A stretch of 25,745 nucleotides of DNA from Myxococcota bacterium. Lineage in GTDB: Bacteria; Myxococcota; UBA4151. The DNA lies in NCBI GenBank assembly GCA_040260805.1, contig JBDQPD010000045.1, forward strand, positions 1 through 25,745, in the 5' to 3' direction. The notes under the pieces are model-generated. The model was not told the origin of the DNA. It did no database searches and worked only from the letters and a program-made list of their open reading frames with translations. The position numbers and the translations under genes were made by a program. Shown here in pieces: positions 16,764 to 24,953 of the stretch (within the stretch, counting starts at the first letter, position 1; each line of letters opens with the position of its first letter).

Positions 16764-18451
16764 CCAGGCCCTCCATCAGCCACGGAGCTGCCCACCACGC
16801 CGCCACAGGTCAGTTCACCCGGGTCGGTTAGGTAGCGAACATCGAGTTGGTCGCCCGGCCGGGGTCGAGCGGTCCCATGAAAGCGAAGCCAGCGCCTCGA
16901 GCAGACACCAGAATCTTGGCAAAGGTTTTGGCAGGACCGATCGCAGGTCAGGTCCCATCCGTTCTCAACTCCGTTGTCCGGATCGTAAACGGGAATCTCT
17001 GCTGCCTCTGAAAAGGTTCCATCATCTTGACGACGAGCGATGGTCACGCGCATCTCCCGCGGATCAGCGGGCGGCTCAACGAGCTCAAGCGCAGGCACTA
17101 AAATCAGTAAACTCGCCACTTCGGTCAGGGTACGCCGATAGTCATCTGCACAGATCGAATCGAGCAGATAGCGACCGTCAGAGCCATCGAAGAGCTGCTC
17201 GGCTAACTCGAAATAACGACGTCCATGATCCGACTCGCAGAAATGAGGGTGCTCCACCGCAGTGCGCACCCAGCCGTCGCGCGGGCGGCAGCGGTTCGAG
17301 ACGTCATTACAATCCTGACCCGTTCCACCGCCTGTTGAAACGCAGCGGTTACTCGGGTCATCCGATGCGATCGAGTCCAGGGTCGGTAGGTTGCTTCCGC
17401 TCGGGTCACGATTGCAAGCGATCGAGAGGATCGAGCCGCACAGACCAGCCGGATCGACTCGGTCTTGCGGAGTACAAACGCTCGTCGCTGGATCATCTTG
17501 GCTCGGGATGCACAGACGCCCTGCAGTGCAGTCTGCGTCAGCATTGCACCGATGGTATTTGCACGTCTGCCCAGCGGCGCAATCGATCGAGCCTGTACAG
17601 GGAACAGAGCGCTGGTCTGGGCGAGCCGGGTCAGGATCGAAGACCCCTCCTGCGATCACCGCTAACGAGACGTCGTCGCGATTCGGCTTGAGCGCCTGGA
17701 GCGCATCAACATACCGACCCAAACCATACTTCGGGAAGACGTTGTCGCGATAGCAATCGGTCGAGCTCAGTCCAGGCGGTCTCTGGACACCATCATGCGA
17801 GCAATCATCCTCATCGGTGATAATGATAATGATCAAGCGAGCGTCGTCGCGCAGGAACTGCTCTTTATGGTCCGCACAGCGTGGATCCGGCGAGGTCCCC
17901 TCGACGAGCATCTTGATGTTCTCGAGTCCCTGCTCAAAGACCGAACCATTCGAAGGAATGGCGGCGATTCGCTGGCGCATCATCTCAACCGCTTGCTCAC
18001 CATCGCGGGAGGTAATCACCGGCGCTACCGTTGAGTTCTCAGCGAATAAACACCCTGGCCCCACCAACAGGTCGCCCGCATCTCGCGGCGCACCATCCGA
18101 AGTCGTGATGATTCCTATGTGGTAGTAATCGTCACCATCCTCGAGATTTTGCGAGGCACCAGCAGCCACCATCAGCTCCATGAAACCGCAATTGGGATCA
18201 TCAGGATTGTTAGCGACATCGCAACCCGGTCGAGCGACTAGGTTGGCAGCGATCTGGGCGCGCTCTTCTTGCATCGTCCGAGAGTCGTCGATGACGAAGA
18301 GAATATCGACCGGGCGGGAGCGGCGGAGCGCACGCGTCTCGACGACCTGCCGCGCACAAATAGGTTTGACCTCGATAAAACTGTGATCCTCACAGGCCGT
18401 GCCCACCAGGGCAGCCACTAGGACGCAACTGCGTATCGCAGAGTTGATCAC
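16760..18451 (-). CDS. CglB-like von Willebrand A (vWA) domain lipoprotein, Cys-rich; putative surface adhesin
   Basis: GTG start with TAAGGAG SD. Lipobox GTAC (Cys20). vWA strand and MIDAS-like motif VDILFVIDDSRTM, second acidic motif IIIIITDEDDCS. C-terminal SICADDYRRTL...PPADPREMRVTI...LRFHG...GDQLDVRY. 26 Cys after the lipidated Cys. Embedded in a glt cluster. Orthology to cglB, as opposed to another myxobacterial vWA lipoprotein, is not proven. Confidence 0.72.
   Translation of the reverse strand: MINSAIRSCVLVAALVGTACEDHSFIEVKPICARQVVETRALRRSRPVDILFVIDDSRTMQEERAQIAANLVARPGCDVANNPDDPNCGFMELMVAAGASQNLEDGDDYYHIGIITTSDGAPRDAGDLLVGPGCLFAENSTVAPVITSRDGEQAVEMMRQRIAAIPSNGSVFEQGLENIKMLVEGTSPDPRCADHKEQFLRDDARLIIIIITDEDDCSHDGVQRPPGLSSTDCYRDNVFPKYGLGRYVDALQALKPNRDDVSLAVIAGGVFDPDPARPDQRSVPCTGSIDCAAGQTCKYHRCNADADCTAGRLCIPSQDDPATSVCTPQDRVDPAGLCGSILSIACNRDPSGSNLPTLDSIASDDPSNRCVSTGGGTGQDCNDVSNRCRPRDGWVRTAVEHPHFCESDHGRRYFELAEQLFDGSDGRYLLDSICADDYRRTLTEVASLLILVPALELVEPPADPREMRVTIARRQDDGTFSEAAEIPVYDPDNGVENGWDLTCDRSCQNLCQDSGVCSRRWLRFHGTARPRPGDQLDVRYLTDPGELTCGGVVGSSVADGGPG
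16770..16774 (-). promoter_or_regulatory. Shine-Dalgarno GGAGG for the GltA/B barrel gene, within the vWA gene 3' end
   Basis: cctcc on + strand, 6 nt from the ATG at 16763. Confidence 0.75.
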
Positions 18452-18456
18452 CGAGG

Positions 18457-18463
18457 CTCCTTA
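18457..18463 (-). promoter_or_regulatory. Shine-Dalgarno TAAGGAG for the CglB-like gene
   Basis: ctcctta on + strand, 5 nt from the GTG at 18451. Confidence 0.8.
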
Positions 18464-18470
18464 TCGATCC

Positions 18471-19508
18471 TTAGTCGCAGGGATTGCCGCTGCTACGATC
18501 CGTAGCAATGCGCAGTCGGAAGCTGTCTTCCGCCGTGTTCCCCGCGCTGTCTTCAGCAACCGCTTTGAGGGTGTGCTGCCCCGTCGCAATACCGGCTGCC
18601 CGATAATCGACCATCGTCCCGGTACGAATCGATCGACCGTCATTATCCGGTAAGATGGTCGCCACCGTGACCTCCCCGACCATGATTCGAACATGAATCA
18701 AGCCCAAGTTGTCCGAGGCGTCGACCGCCACCGAGCTCGGCGAGGGCACACAACCGCCAGGCCGAACGTTCTGGTCACGAGTGATCGAGACAACTGGCCC
18801 TATCGTATCGACAGTGAAGGTCTTCGTCAGTTCGGCCGTCTGTCCGACCCCGTCAGCGACCGACGCATTAACCGTCACCTCATCACCGGAGAGTGGGATC
18901 GTCAGGGTGTAACGGACCGAAACGCCGTCTTCGCCAGACATCGTCTCACCCGCTTGAACGTCAACATCTTGCCCGTTCGCGGTCGCCGTCAAACCGACCA
19001 GCGAGCGATCGTCTTGTGCTTGAACCGCTAAGCTCAATGAGCCCGAACCGACCAAGGTCCGGTTGGCGTTCGGGCCAGTCCAGCTTGCGGTCGGGTCTTC
19101 TGAGTCTGCGTCTCGAGTGCACAAGTATTCGGAGTTGACCTCAGCGCAGCGCCAGAGGTTAGGGTCTCCGCACTCCGCATGCGTCGCGCAGGGTTTCGAG
19201 CAAAATCCGCCCGAGCCATCGCCTTGCCAGTCATCCGGGGTGTCTAGGCACGCAAACCGACAACCGCCCTGGTCGCCAGGTGTGCACTCAGCCTCATAAG
19301 GCAAGTTCCGACCAGTGTCCGCGCTCCCAGCGTCAGGCCTAGGCCCAGCATCATGCTGAATTCGAATGGCTCCAGCGTCACTGTCCGGACAAGCCACGAT
19401 CCGCCCTTCCGAGTCTTGGCATTCGGTGACTTGCTCCCCACCGCACTGAGCACCCATCGTCACCGGCACCGCAAACAGCGCAGCGATCGCAAAAACACGA
19501 GACATCAT
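18471..19508 (-). CDS. Lipoprotein with a Cys-rich module and two bacterial Ig-like domains (possible GltK/CglC analogue)
   Basis: Signal MMSRVFAIAALFAVPVTMGAQC, DAG-rich linker, 8-Cys module CTPGDQGGCRFAC...GFCSKPCATHAEC...WRC...YLC. Two Ig-like repeats follow (D..DPTASWTGP...AQDDRS; DTIGPVVSIT...ASDNLG...GQHTLKAVAEDSAGN). GGGAG SD upstream. Confidence 0.75.
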   Translation of the reverse strand: MMSRVFAIAALFAVPVTMGAQCGGEQVTECQDSEGRIVACPDSDAGAIRIQHDAGPRPDAGSADTGRNLPYEAECTPGDQGGCRFACLDTPDDWQGDGSGGFCSKPCATHAECGDPNLWRCAEVNSEYLCTRDADSEDPTASWTGPNANRTLVGSGSLSLAVQAQDDRSLVGLTATANGQDVDVQAGETMSGEDGVSVRYTLTIPLSGDEVTVNASVADGVGQTAELTKTFTVDTIGPVVSITRDQNVRPGGCVPSPSSVAVDASDNLGLIHVRIMVGEVTVATILPDNDGRSIRTGTMVDYRAAGIATGQHTLKAVAEDSAGNTAEDSFRLRIATDRSSGNPCD

Positions 19509-19529
19509 TCGTTTCTCCCTCGACCCGCG

Positions 19530-20075
19530 TCAGACGCGGACCACCTCGATGCGTTCTAAAACCACTTCATCGACTGGACGATCCATCATGCCGGTCGGTT
19601 GGTCCGCAATCGTATCGATCACATCCAAGCCCTCGACCACCTGACCGAAAACTGCGTGTCGACCATCGAGATGAGGACAGGGTACCTGACACACAAAAAA
19701 CTGCGACCCGTTGGTGTTCGGGCCCCGATTCGCCATGCTCAAAACACCCGGACCTTCATGGCGCAGCTCAGGGTGAAACTCGTCGTCGAAATTAAAGCCT
19801 GGTCCACCACGGCCGGTCCCAGTGGGATCGCCGCCCTGCAGCATGAACCCTCGAATCACACGATGAAAGATCGTTCCGTCGTAGTAAGGCGTACCTGGCT
19901 CGTGCCCTCTCGGGTCATCGTAGGCTTTCGATCCGGTCGCTAAACCGACAAAGTTCGCTACCGTTTGTGGTGCACGCTCTTCTTCAAGTCGTACCACCAT
20001 CGTCCCATGATTGGTCACGAGGCGAGCCATCAGCTCACCCTCGCCGCCAGGAATACCGTTTTCGTTCGTTGTCAT
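19530..20075 (-). CDS. Cyclophilin-type peptidyl-prolyl cis-trans isomerase
   Basis: Motifs [64 protein letters not shown]. Start placed at ATG 20075 (AAGGA SD) rather than TTG 20156. No signal peptide. Confidence 0.95.
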   Translation of the reverse strand: MTTNENGIPGGEGELMARLVTNHGTMVVRLEEERAPQTVANFVGLATGSKAYDDPRGHEPGTPYYDGTIFHRVIRGFMLQGGDPTGTGRGGPGFNFDDEFHPELRHEGPGVLSMANRGPNTNGSQFFVCQVPCPHLDGRHAVFGQVVEGLDVIDTIADQPTGMMDRPVDEVVLERIEVVRV

Positions 20076-20179
20076 GCCAAATCCTTCACGCCCGCGCGAG
20101 GGGGCTTTGTTTGCTGTGACACACTCGGCCGCAAACTTGAAGTCGGTTTCGGTCAAAATGCATGAAGAATCAGCGTTTA

Positions 20180-21067
20180 TTAAGGCTGAGGAGGCAGGCC
20201 CCTTAGAATGCTCAAGCCAGTCGGCGAAGCCTCGATCAACGCGATGGGTTCGTCGTCACCAAAGACGGCGTAACGGCCGACTGAAAGCGAGGACAAAGAA
20301 TCGAGCTCTTCCAGGGGTTTACCATGACGAACATGCGCCACCTCAGGCGCCTCGAGTTGGAGGCGACGCCCTAAGGCTGCGAGCAAACGTCCCGTGCTCC
20401 AAACCGAATCTGGGCTCAACGCCTCCGGGTGAGCAGCTTGATCGACGGTCAAATCCCCCACAAGAGTGCGGCGAAGTTGATCCAAGTGCCCCACCGTACC
20501 CAATCGTTTCGCAAGGTCGGCTCCTAGACTGCGAATATAGGTCCCCGGACCACACTCGACCTCGAGCAGCAGACGTCGATCGTCCAGAACTTCAACGTCG
20601 AACCGGTCGATGCGTACGCTGCGAGGAGGCATCTCGACGGCTTCACCGCGCCGAGCACGCTTGTAGGCTCGTTGTCCGTCGATTTTGACGGCGCTGTACA
20701 CGGGCGGAATCTGCTCGATCTGTCCCACAAACTCGGCAGCAAGGGCGCGCAAAGACTCTAAGTCAAAGCTCGGCACAGGCGCTTCTCGAACGACCTCTCC
20801 ATCGCAATCAGCGCTGTCCGTCTCAAGACCGAGCACCAGCTCTGCGCGGTAGCCCTTAACCGACTGATCGAGGAAGTGACTCAGTCGAGTTCCTCGTCCA
20901 ACGCACAGGGGCAGTAAACCCGTTGCGAAAGGGTCCAGCGTACCGAGGTGCCCTACCTTACGAATTCCGATCGCTTTGGAGACGATGGCGCCCGCTTTTC
21001 GGCTGGTCCAGCCAGAGGGCTTATCCACTAGGATGAGCGCAGGATCAGCTGCCGTATCCATCATCAT
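20180..21067 (-). CDS. truB: tRNA pseudouridine(55) synthase TruB
   Basis: VDKPSGWTS, catalytic [48 protein letters not shown]. The start is one of three tandem ATGs (21067/21064/21061) overlapping the rbfA end; the track start at 21154 is probably too long. Confidence 0.96.
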   Translation of the reverse strand: MMMDTAADPALILVDKPSGWTSRKAGAIVSKAIGIRKVGHLGTLDPFATGLLPLCVGRGTRLSHFLDQSVKGYRAELVLGLETDSADCDGEVVREAPVPSFDLESLRALAAEFVGQIEQIPPVYSAVKIDGQRAYKRARRGEAVEMPPRSVRIDRFDVEVLDDRRLLLEVECGPGTYIRSLGADLAKRLGTVGHLDQLRRTLVGDLTVDQAAHPEALSPDSVWSTGRLLAALGRRLQLEAPEVAHVRHGKPLEELDSLSSLSVGRYAVFGDDEPIALIEASPTGLSILRGLPPQP

Positions 21068-21449
21068 CCGGGTCGGGCAGCGCGCGAGCATCTGCCTCTT
21101 CAACCAAGCGCCCCAAATCGCCAACCACGCGGGTGCCGTAGGCGACCTGCTCATCGCGTTCGAAGTGTAGATTCGGCACGTACTTCATCGGCGCATAACG
21201 CGGCAAAAGACCCCGTATAAAACCTTGCATTTCAAAGAGCTTAGAAAAGGTTCTCTCGACCAATTCCTCATCTGACGAAAAGCAGGCTACGAAGACGTTT
21301 GCGTGCCTTAGATCATTGCCCATCCGCACTGCGGTGACGGTCACTAAAGCAGGGAGCTCAACGGGTAGTTCCCGAGTGATAATCTCGGACACGGCGCGCT
21401 GTATCGACGCCTCGACGCGGTCCGAGCGCCGATACCCGCTGTTGACCAC
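21045..21449 (-). CDS. rbfA: 30S ribosome-binding factor RbfA
   Basis: RRSDRVEASIQRAVSEII, LVTVTAVRMGNDLRHANVFV, GFIR...MKYVPNLHFERD. Located between infB and truB; GTG start 2 nt after the infB stop. Confidence 0.95.
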   Translation of the reverse strand: MVNSGYRRSDRVEASIQRAVSEIITRELPVELPALVTVTAVRMGNDLRHANVFVACFSSDEELVERTFSKLFEMQGFIRGLLPRYAPMKYVPNLHFERDEQVAYGTRVVGDLGRLVEEADARALPDPDDDGYGS

Positions 21450-21451
21450 CT

Positions 21452-24376
21452 TTAGGCCTCAGACTCGCTTGCCGCCTCGTCACCAGATTCGTCATCGAGT
21501 TCAGGCTCGACCTCTGGCTCGACCTCTGGCTCGGGATCAGGGGCGACGTTGTGCTCATCAAGCTTGGCGCGGATTTCTTCGACATCGAAGCATTCGATCA
21601 GGTCACCTGCTTGAAGGTCAGACCAACCGACTAAGCCCATACCGCATTCGGTTCCGGACTTGACCTCAGGCACATCATCTTTGAAGCGTCGCAGCGAACT
21701 GAGCTCGCCGACATAGATCTCTTGATGATCTCGAAGCAGGCGAACCTGCGCCGAACGACGCAGCACACCGCTCATGACGAGACAACCTGCAACCGTCCCC
21801 AGCTTGGGTGCCCGGAAGGTGTCTCGCACTTCGGCGCGACCCAGGTAGTTTTCCTTACGGATTGGCTCAAGCATGCCCTCCATCGCCGCTCGAACGTCAT
21901 CGACCACGTCGTAGATGACCTTGTAGCAGCGAAGGTCGATGCCCTCTTGCGATGCGGCCTCGGCACCCTTGGTGTCAGGACGAATATTGAAGCCGATCAC
22001 GACCGCCTCCGACGCAACCGCCAAGTTCACGTCATTCGCCGTGATAGCGCCCACACCCGAGTAGATGACACGAACCTCAACCTTGGGTCCGCTCAAATCG
22101 GTCAAGCTCTGTTTGAGCGCCTCAACCGAACCTTGAACGTCGCCCTTGATCACCAACTTGAGCTGTCGAGCGACGTTGGTCGGCGCACCATGAGCCATGA
22201 AGCTCTCAAGGTTGATTCGAGCACCGACTGCGAGTTCGGCTTCACGCGATCGCTGCGAGCGGCGCTCAGCGACCTCTTTGGCGATCTTCTCGTCCGCTAC
22301 ATTGACCTGATCACCTGCGCTCGGGACGCCGCTAAGTCCAAGAACAGCGACCGGGAAAGAAGGTCCTGCTTCGAGCACCTCAAAGCCTTGGTCATCGTAC
22401 ATCGCTCGGACGCGACCATAGTGCTGCCCCGCAACGATGATGTCACCCTTGCGCAAGGTACCCTCTTGCACCAGGACCGTCGCCACAGCGCCTCGACCTC
22501 GATCGAGTTGCGCCTCTACGACCGCACCAATAGCAGGCTTGCTCGGGTTCGATTGCAGCTCAAGCACCTCGGCTTGAAGCGCGAGCTTCTCGAGTAACTC
22601 ATCAACACCCTCGCCGGTCTTCGCCGAGAGCTTTTGAACCTGGACGTCACCACCCCACTCTTCAGGAACTAGCTCATGAGCAGTGAGTTCTTGGAGAATG
22701 TTGTCGGGCCGAGCGCCCTCTTTGTCCATTTTGTTCAAGGCAACCAACAGCGGGACTTTCGCCGCTTTGGCATGCTTGATGGCTTCAGCAGTCTGCGGCT
22801 TGATGCCATCATCGGCGGCAACCACAAGTACGACCACATCGGTGATCTCAGCGCCGCGAGCACGCATCGCCGAGAACGCTGCGTGACCTGGCGTATCCAA
22901 GAAGGTGATCGCGCCGGATGGGCAGTCCACCGAGTAGGCGCCGATGTGCTGCGTGATACCGCCCGCTTCACCCGAAGCGACGTTCGCCTCGCGAATCTTA
23001 TCGAGCAGCGAGGTTTTACCATGATCCACGTGACCCATGACGGTCACGACCGGCGGACGAAGAACCAACTCTTCGTCGCTGTCGACATGATTGACCAACA
23101 ACTCATCATCAGTAGCTTGCGACGGCTCGACTTGGTAGCCGAATTCCTCGGCGATCAATGCAGCCGTATCAAAGTCGATGCTCTGCGTCAGCGTCACCAT
23201 CATGCCGTTCATGAACAACGCACGAACCACCTCGGCTGCCTTCACGCTCATCTCGTGAGCGAGCTCGCCGACGCGGATACTGCCACCCACTTTGAGCACA
23301 CGCTTATGAGCTGAGGGGAGATGACGCATCGTCTCTTCATCGAGCCGATGTCGTTCCCGCTGCAACAGAGCCTCGCCCTGCAGCTCGAGCAACGCCTTCT
23401 TACTCATCCGGCGCTTACGTTTCGCTTTACCACCGGGACGAGGAGCCCCGCGTCGTGGGCCACGCGCTGCGTTGGGCGGAGCGCCCTGCATGCTGTCGGG
23501 ACCACCGACGCCTAAACCACCGGATAAACCGCCGGGACGACTCGCTCCACCAGGACCTCCCGGGCGACCGCCCGGACGTCCACCACCGGGGCGAGGACCT
23601 CTTTGACCGCCAGGACCACCAGGACCGCGCCCGGGTCCACGACCGGGGCCCCCTTGCTTCGGTCGCCCAAAGCCACGTCGGCCTTCTGCCTGTAAGCGGT
23701 TCCTGATCGCCTCAGCATCGATCACCCGCACCACTCGAGCGACGGGCTTGACCTGAGCCGGCTTCGGAGCCCCCGGTGCAGTGGCTACAGGGGCGACCGT
23801 ACCAGACGTCGCTTCAGCGGGTTTCTCTTCTTTTGAGTCATCGCTCTTTGCGGCGACTTCGGCCGAAGCCTCAGCCTCGACCTTCGATGCATCGTTAGCA
23901 ACCTCGGCTGCGACGGCAGCGGGTGCCTCTGCAGCAACCGGTTCAGACACTACAGCCGGCTCAGCCGGCTCAGCCGCTGCTGCCGGTTCGACCGCAGCAG
24001 CGGGTTCAGCTGCAACCGGAGCCTCAACTACCGGAGCGGCTGGAGCCTGTTCCGCAGCAGCTGCTTCCACCTCGACGACGGGTTCTGCAACCTCGACCGG
24101 CGGGGCGGCTTCGGCTTGCACTTCTGCAGCCGGTTCCGATGCTGGTTCAGCCTCAGGCTCAGGAGCCGGAGCCTCTTCGCCTCGACGACGACGACGGACT
24201 GCGATCCGTCGAGGTCGGCGCCCTGACGGGCTCGTGAGGATCGATTCGGCCTGAGCCTCGTCGACGCTAACGCTTGCGGAGGCGACTTGCATGCCACCTT
24301 TTTCAAGCAAGTCTTTGACCTCAGCATTCGTCTTACTGTGACGCTTTGCCAGATCATAGATGCGGATTTTACCCAT
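21452..24376 (-). CDS. infB: Translation initiation factor IF-2
   Basis: IF2_N start [11 protein letters not shown] (ATG 24376, AGGA SD). G-domain [62 protein letters not shown]. Confidence 0.98.
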   Translation of the reverse strand: MGKIRIYDLAKRHSKTNAEVKDLLEKGGMQVASASVSVDEAQAESILTSPSGRRPRRIAVRRRRRGEEAPAPEPEAEPASEPAAEVQAEAAPPVEVAEPVVEVEAAAAEQAPAAPVVEAPVAAEPAAAVEPAAAAEPAEPAVVSEPVAAEAPAAVAAEVANDASKVEAEASAEVAAKSDDSKEEKPAEATSGTVAPVATAPGAPKPAQVKPVARVVRVIDAEAIRNRLQAEGRRGFGRPKQGGPGRGPGRGPGGPGGQRGPRPGGGRPGGRPGGPGGASRPGGLSGGLGVGGPDSMQGAPPNAARGPRRGAPRPGGKAKRKRRMSKKALLELQGEALLQRERHRLDEETMRHLPSAHKRVLKVGGSIRVGELAHEMSVKAAEVVRALFMNGMMVTLTQSIDFDTAALIAEEFGYQVEPSQATDDELLVNHVDSDEELVLRPPVVTVMGHVDHGKTSLLDKIREANVASGEAGGITQHIGAYSVDCPSGAITFLDTPGHAAFSAMRARGAEITDVVVLVVAADDGIKPQTAEAIKHAKAAKVPLLVALNKMDKEGARPDNILQELTAHELVPEEWGGDVQVQKLSAKTGEGVDELLEKLALQAEVLELQSNPSKPAIGAVVEAQLDRGRGAVATVLVQEGTLRKGDIIVAGQHYGRVRAMYDDQGFEVLEAGPSFPVAVLGLSGVPSAGDQVNVADEKIAKEVAERRSQRSREAELAVGARINLESFMAHGAPTNVARQLKLVIKGDVQGSVEALKQSLTDLSGPKVEVRVIYSGVGAITANDVNLAVASEAVVIGFNIRPDTKGAEAASQEGIDLRCYKVIYDVVDDVRAAMEGMLEPIRKENYLGRAEVRDTFRAPKLGTVAGCLVMSGVLRRSAQVRLLRDHQEIYVGELSSLRRFKDDVPEVKSGTECGMGLVGWSDLQAGDLIECFDVEEIRAKLDEHNVAPDPEPEVEPEVEPELDDESGDEAASESEA
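21504..21533. repeat. 12-bp tandem repeat (ggctcgacctct x2.5) encoding EPEV repeats in the IF-2 acidic tail
   Basis: ggctcgacctct ggctcgacctct ggctcg read directly; in-frame coding repeat. Confidence 0.85.
23953..23976. repeat. 9-bp tandem repeat (cagccggct x2.7) encoding AEP repeats in the IF-2 N-terminal linker
   Basis: cagccggct cagccggct cagccg read directly, inside an A/E/P/V low-complexity region. Confidence 0.75.
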
Positions 24377-24386
24377 GGGTACTTTC

Positions 24387-24953
24387 CTATCCAACCACAC
24401 TGTTTGCGAGGCGACTCATTCGCGCCGCCTCGACGAGGGCTTTAGCCCCTGCGGGCCCCCTTGGAACACCAACGACACCCGTCGCTCCACGACCTAACCA
24501 GCCCCCAAGCTCAGCTTGGCGTGCCACCCGGTACACAGGAGCGCGTAGAGCGTCCACTTTCTTCGATGAGCGCTCACTGAGGTCCGTTGCAGCAACGACA
24601 CCATTCAGAGCACCCTGTGCATCGGCGCTCTGCGTGTCCGCAGTCCCGATATGCAAGCCGCGCTGCTTTTGCAGTCGACCCAAGCGTTCAGCGAGTAAAC
24701 GCTCTAAGCCGTCTCTCACGCCATCCAGCAGTGCCGTGCCATCGCCCTTTTGAACACGACGCTTGAGTGAGCGGCTTACCGCACCTCGCGCCGCCTTATC
24801 CAAACATTGCGGGCTCGGGCACGCATAGGCAGCCCGACCAGGCAGACTGCCTCGCAAATCAGCGAACAGTTCACCGGCCGGAGAGGCCAGTAGACGGATC
24901 ATCTGGTCTGCAGGGTGATTCTCCCTGCATGCACTGCAACGACGCTCTGCCAT
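24387..24953 (-). CDS. ylxR: YlxR/RnpM (DUF448) domain fused to an L7Ae/YlxQ-like RNA-binding domain
   Basis: ERRCSACR...MIRL...LPGRAAYACPSPQCL (DUF448 pattern), followed by LHIG...VVAATDLSERSSKKV...AELGGWLGR...VVGV (L7Ae-like). Canonical position between nusA and infB; TAATG overlap with nusA. Confidence 0.85.
   Translation of the reverse strand: MAERRCSACRENHPADQMIRLLASPAGELFADLRGSLPGRAAYACPSPQCLDKAARGAVSRSLKRRVQKGDGTALLDGVRDGLERLLAERLGRLQKQRGLHIGTADTQSADAQGALNGVVAATDLSERSSKKVDALRAPVYRVARQAELGGWLGRGATGVVGVPRGPAGAKALVEAARMSRLANSVVG

Noticed and set aside
16651..17691. 346-aa plus-strand ORF
   Set aside because: Antisense to the vWA and barrel genes, R/S-rich, with no recognisable motifs; a typical GC-rich shadow ORF.
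19525..19539. Inverted repeat ccgcgt-cag-acgcgg over the PPIase stop codon as a terminator
   Set aside because: Only 6 bp with a 3-nt loop and no U-tract on the coding strand; an SD follows immediately.
20076..20179. Possible sigma70 promoter (TTGACC) upstream of the PPIase gene
   Set aside because: No acceptable -10 hexamer at 16-18 nt spacing, so it is not supportable from sequence alone.
21722..23314. Plus-strand ORFs of 291 and 212 aa
   Set aside because: Antisense mirrors of infB caused by codon bias; no independent evidence.
24909..24929. Inverted repeat tgcaggg-N7-ccctgca near the ylxR start
   Set aside because: Lies in coding sequence for the conserved CxxC region, has no U-tract and is plausible by chance.
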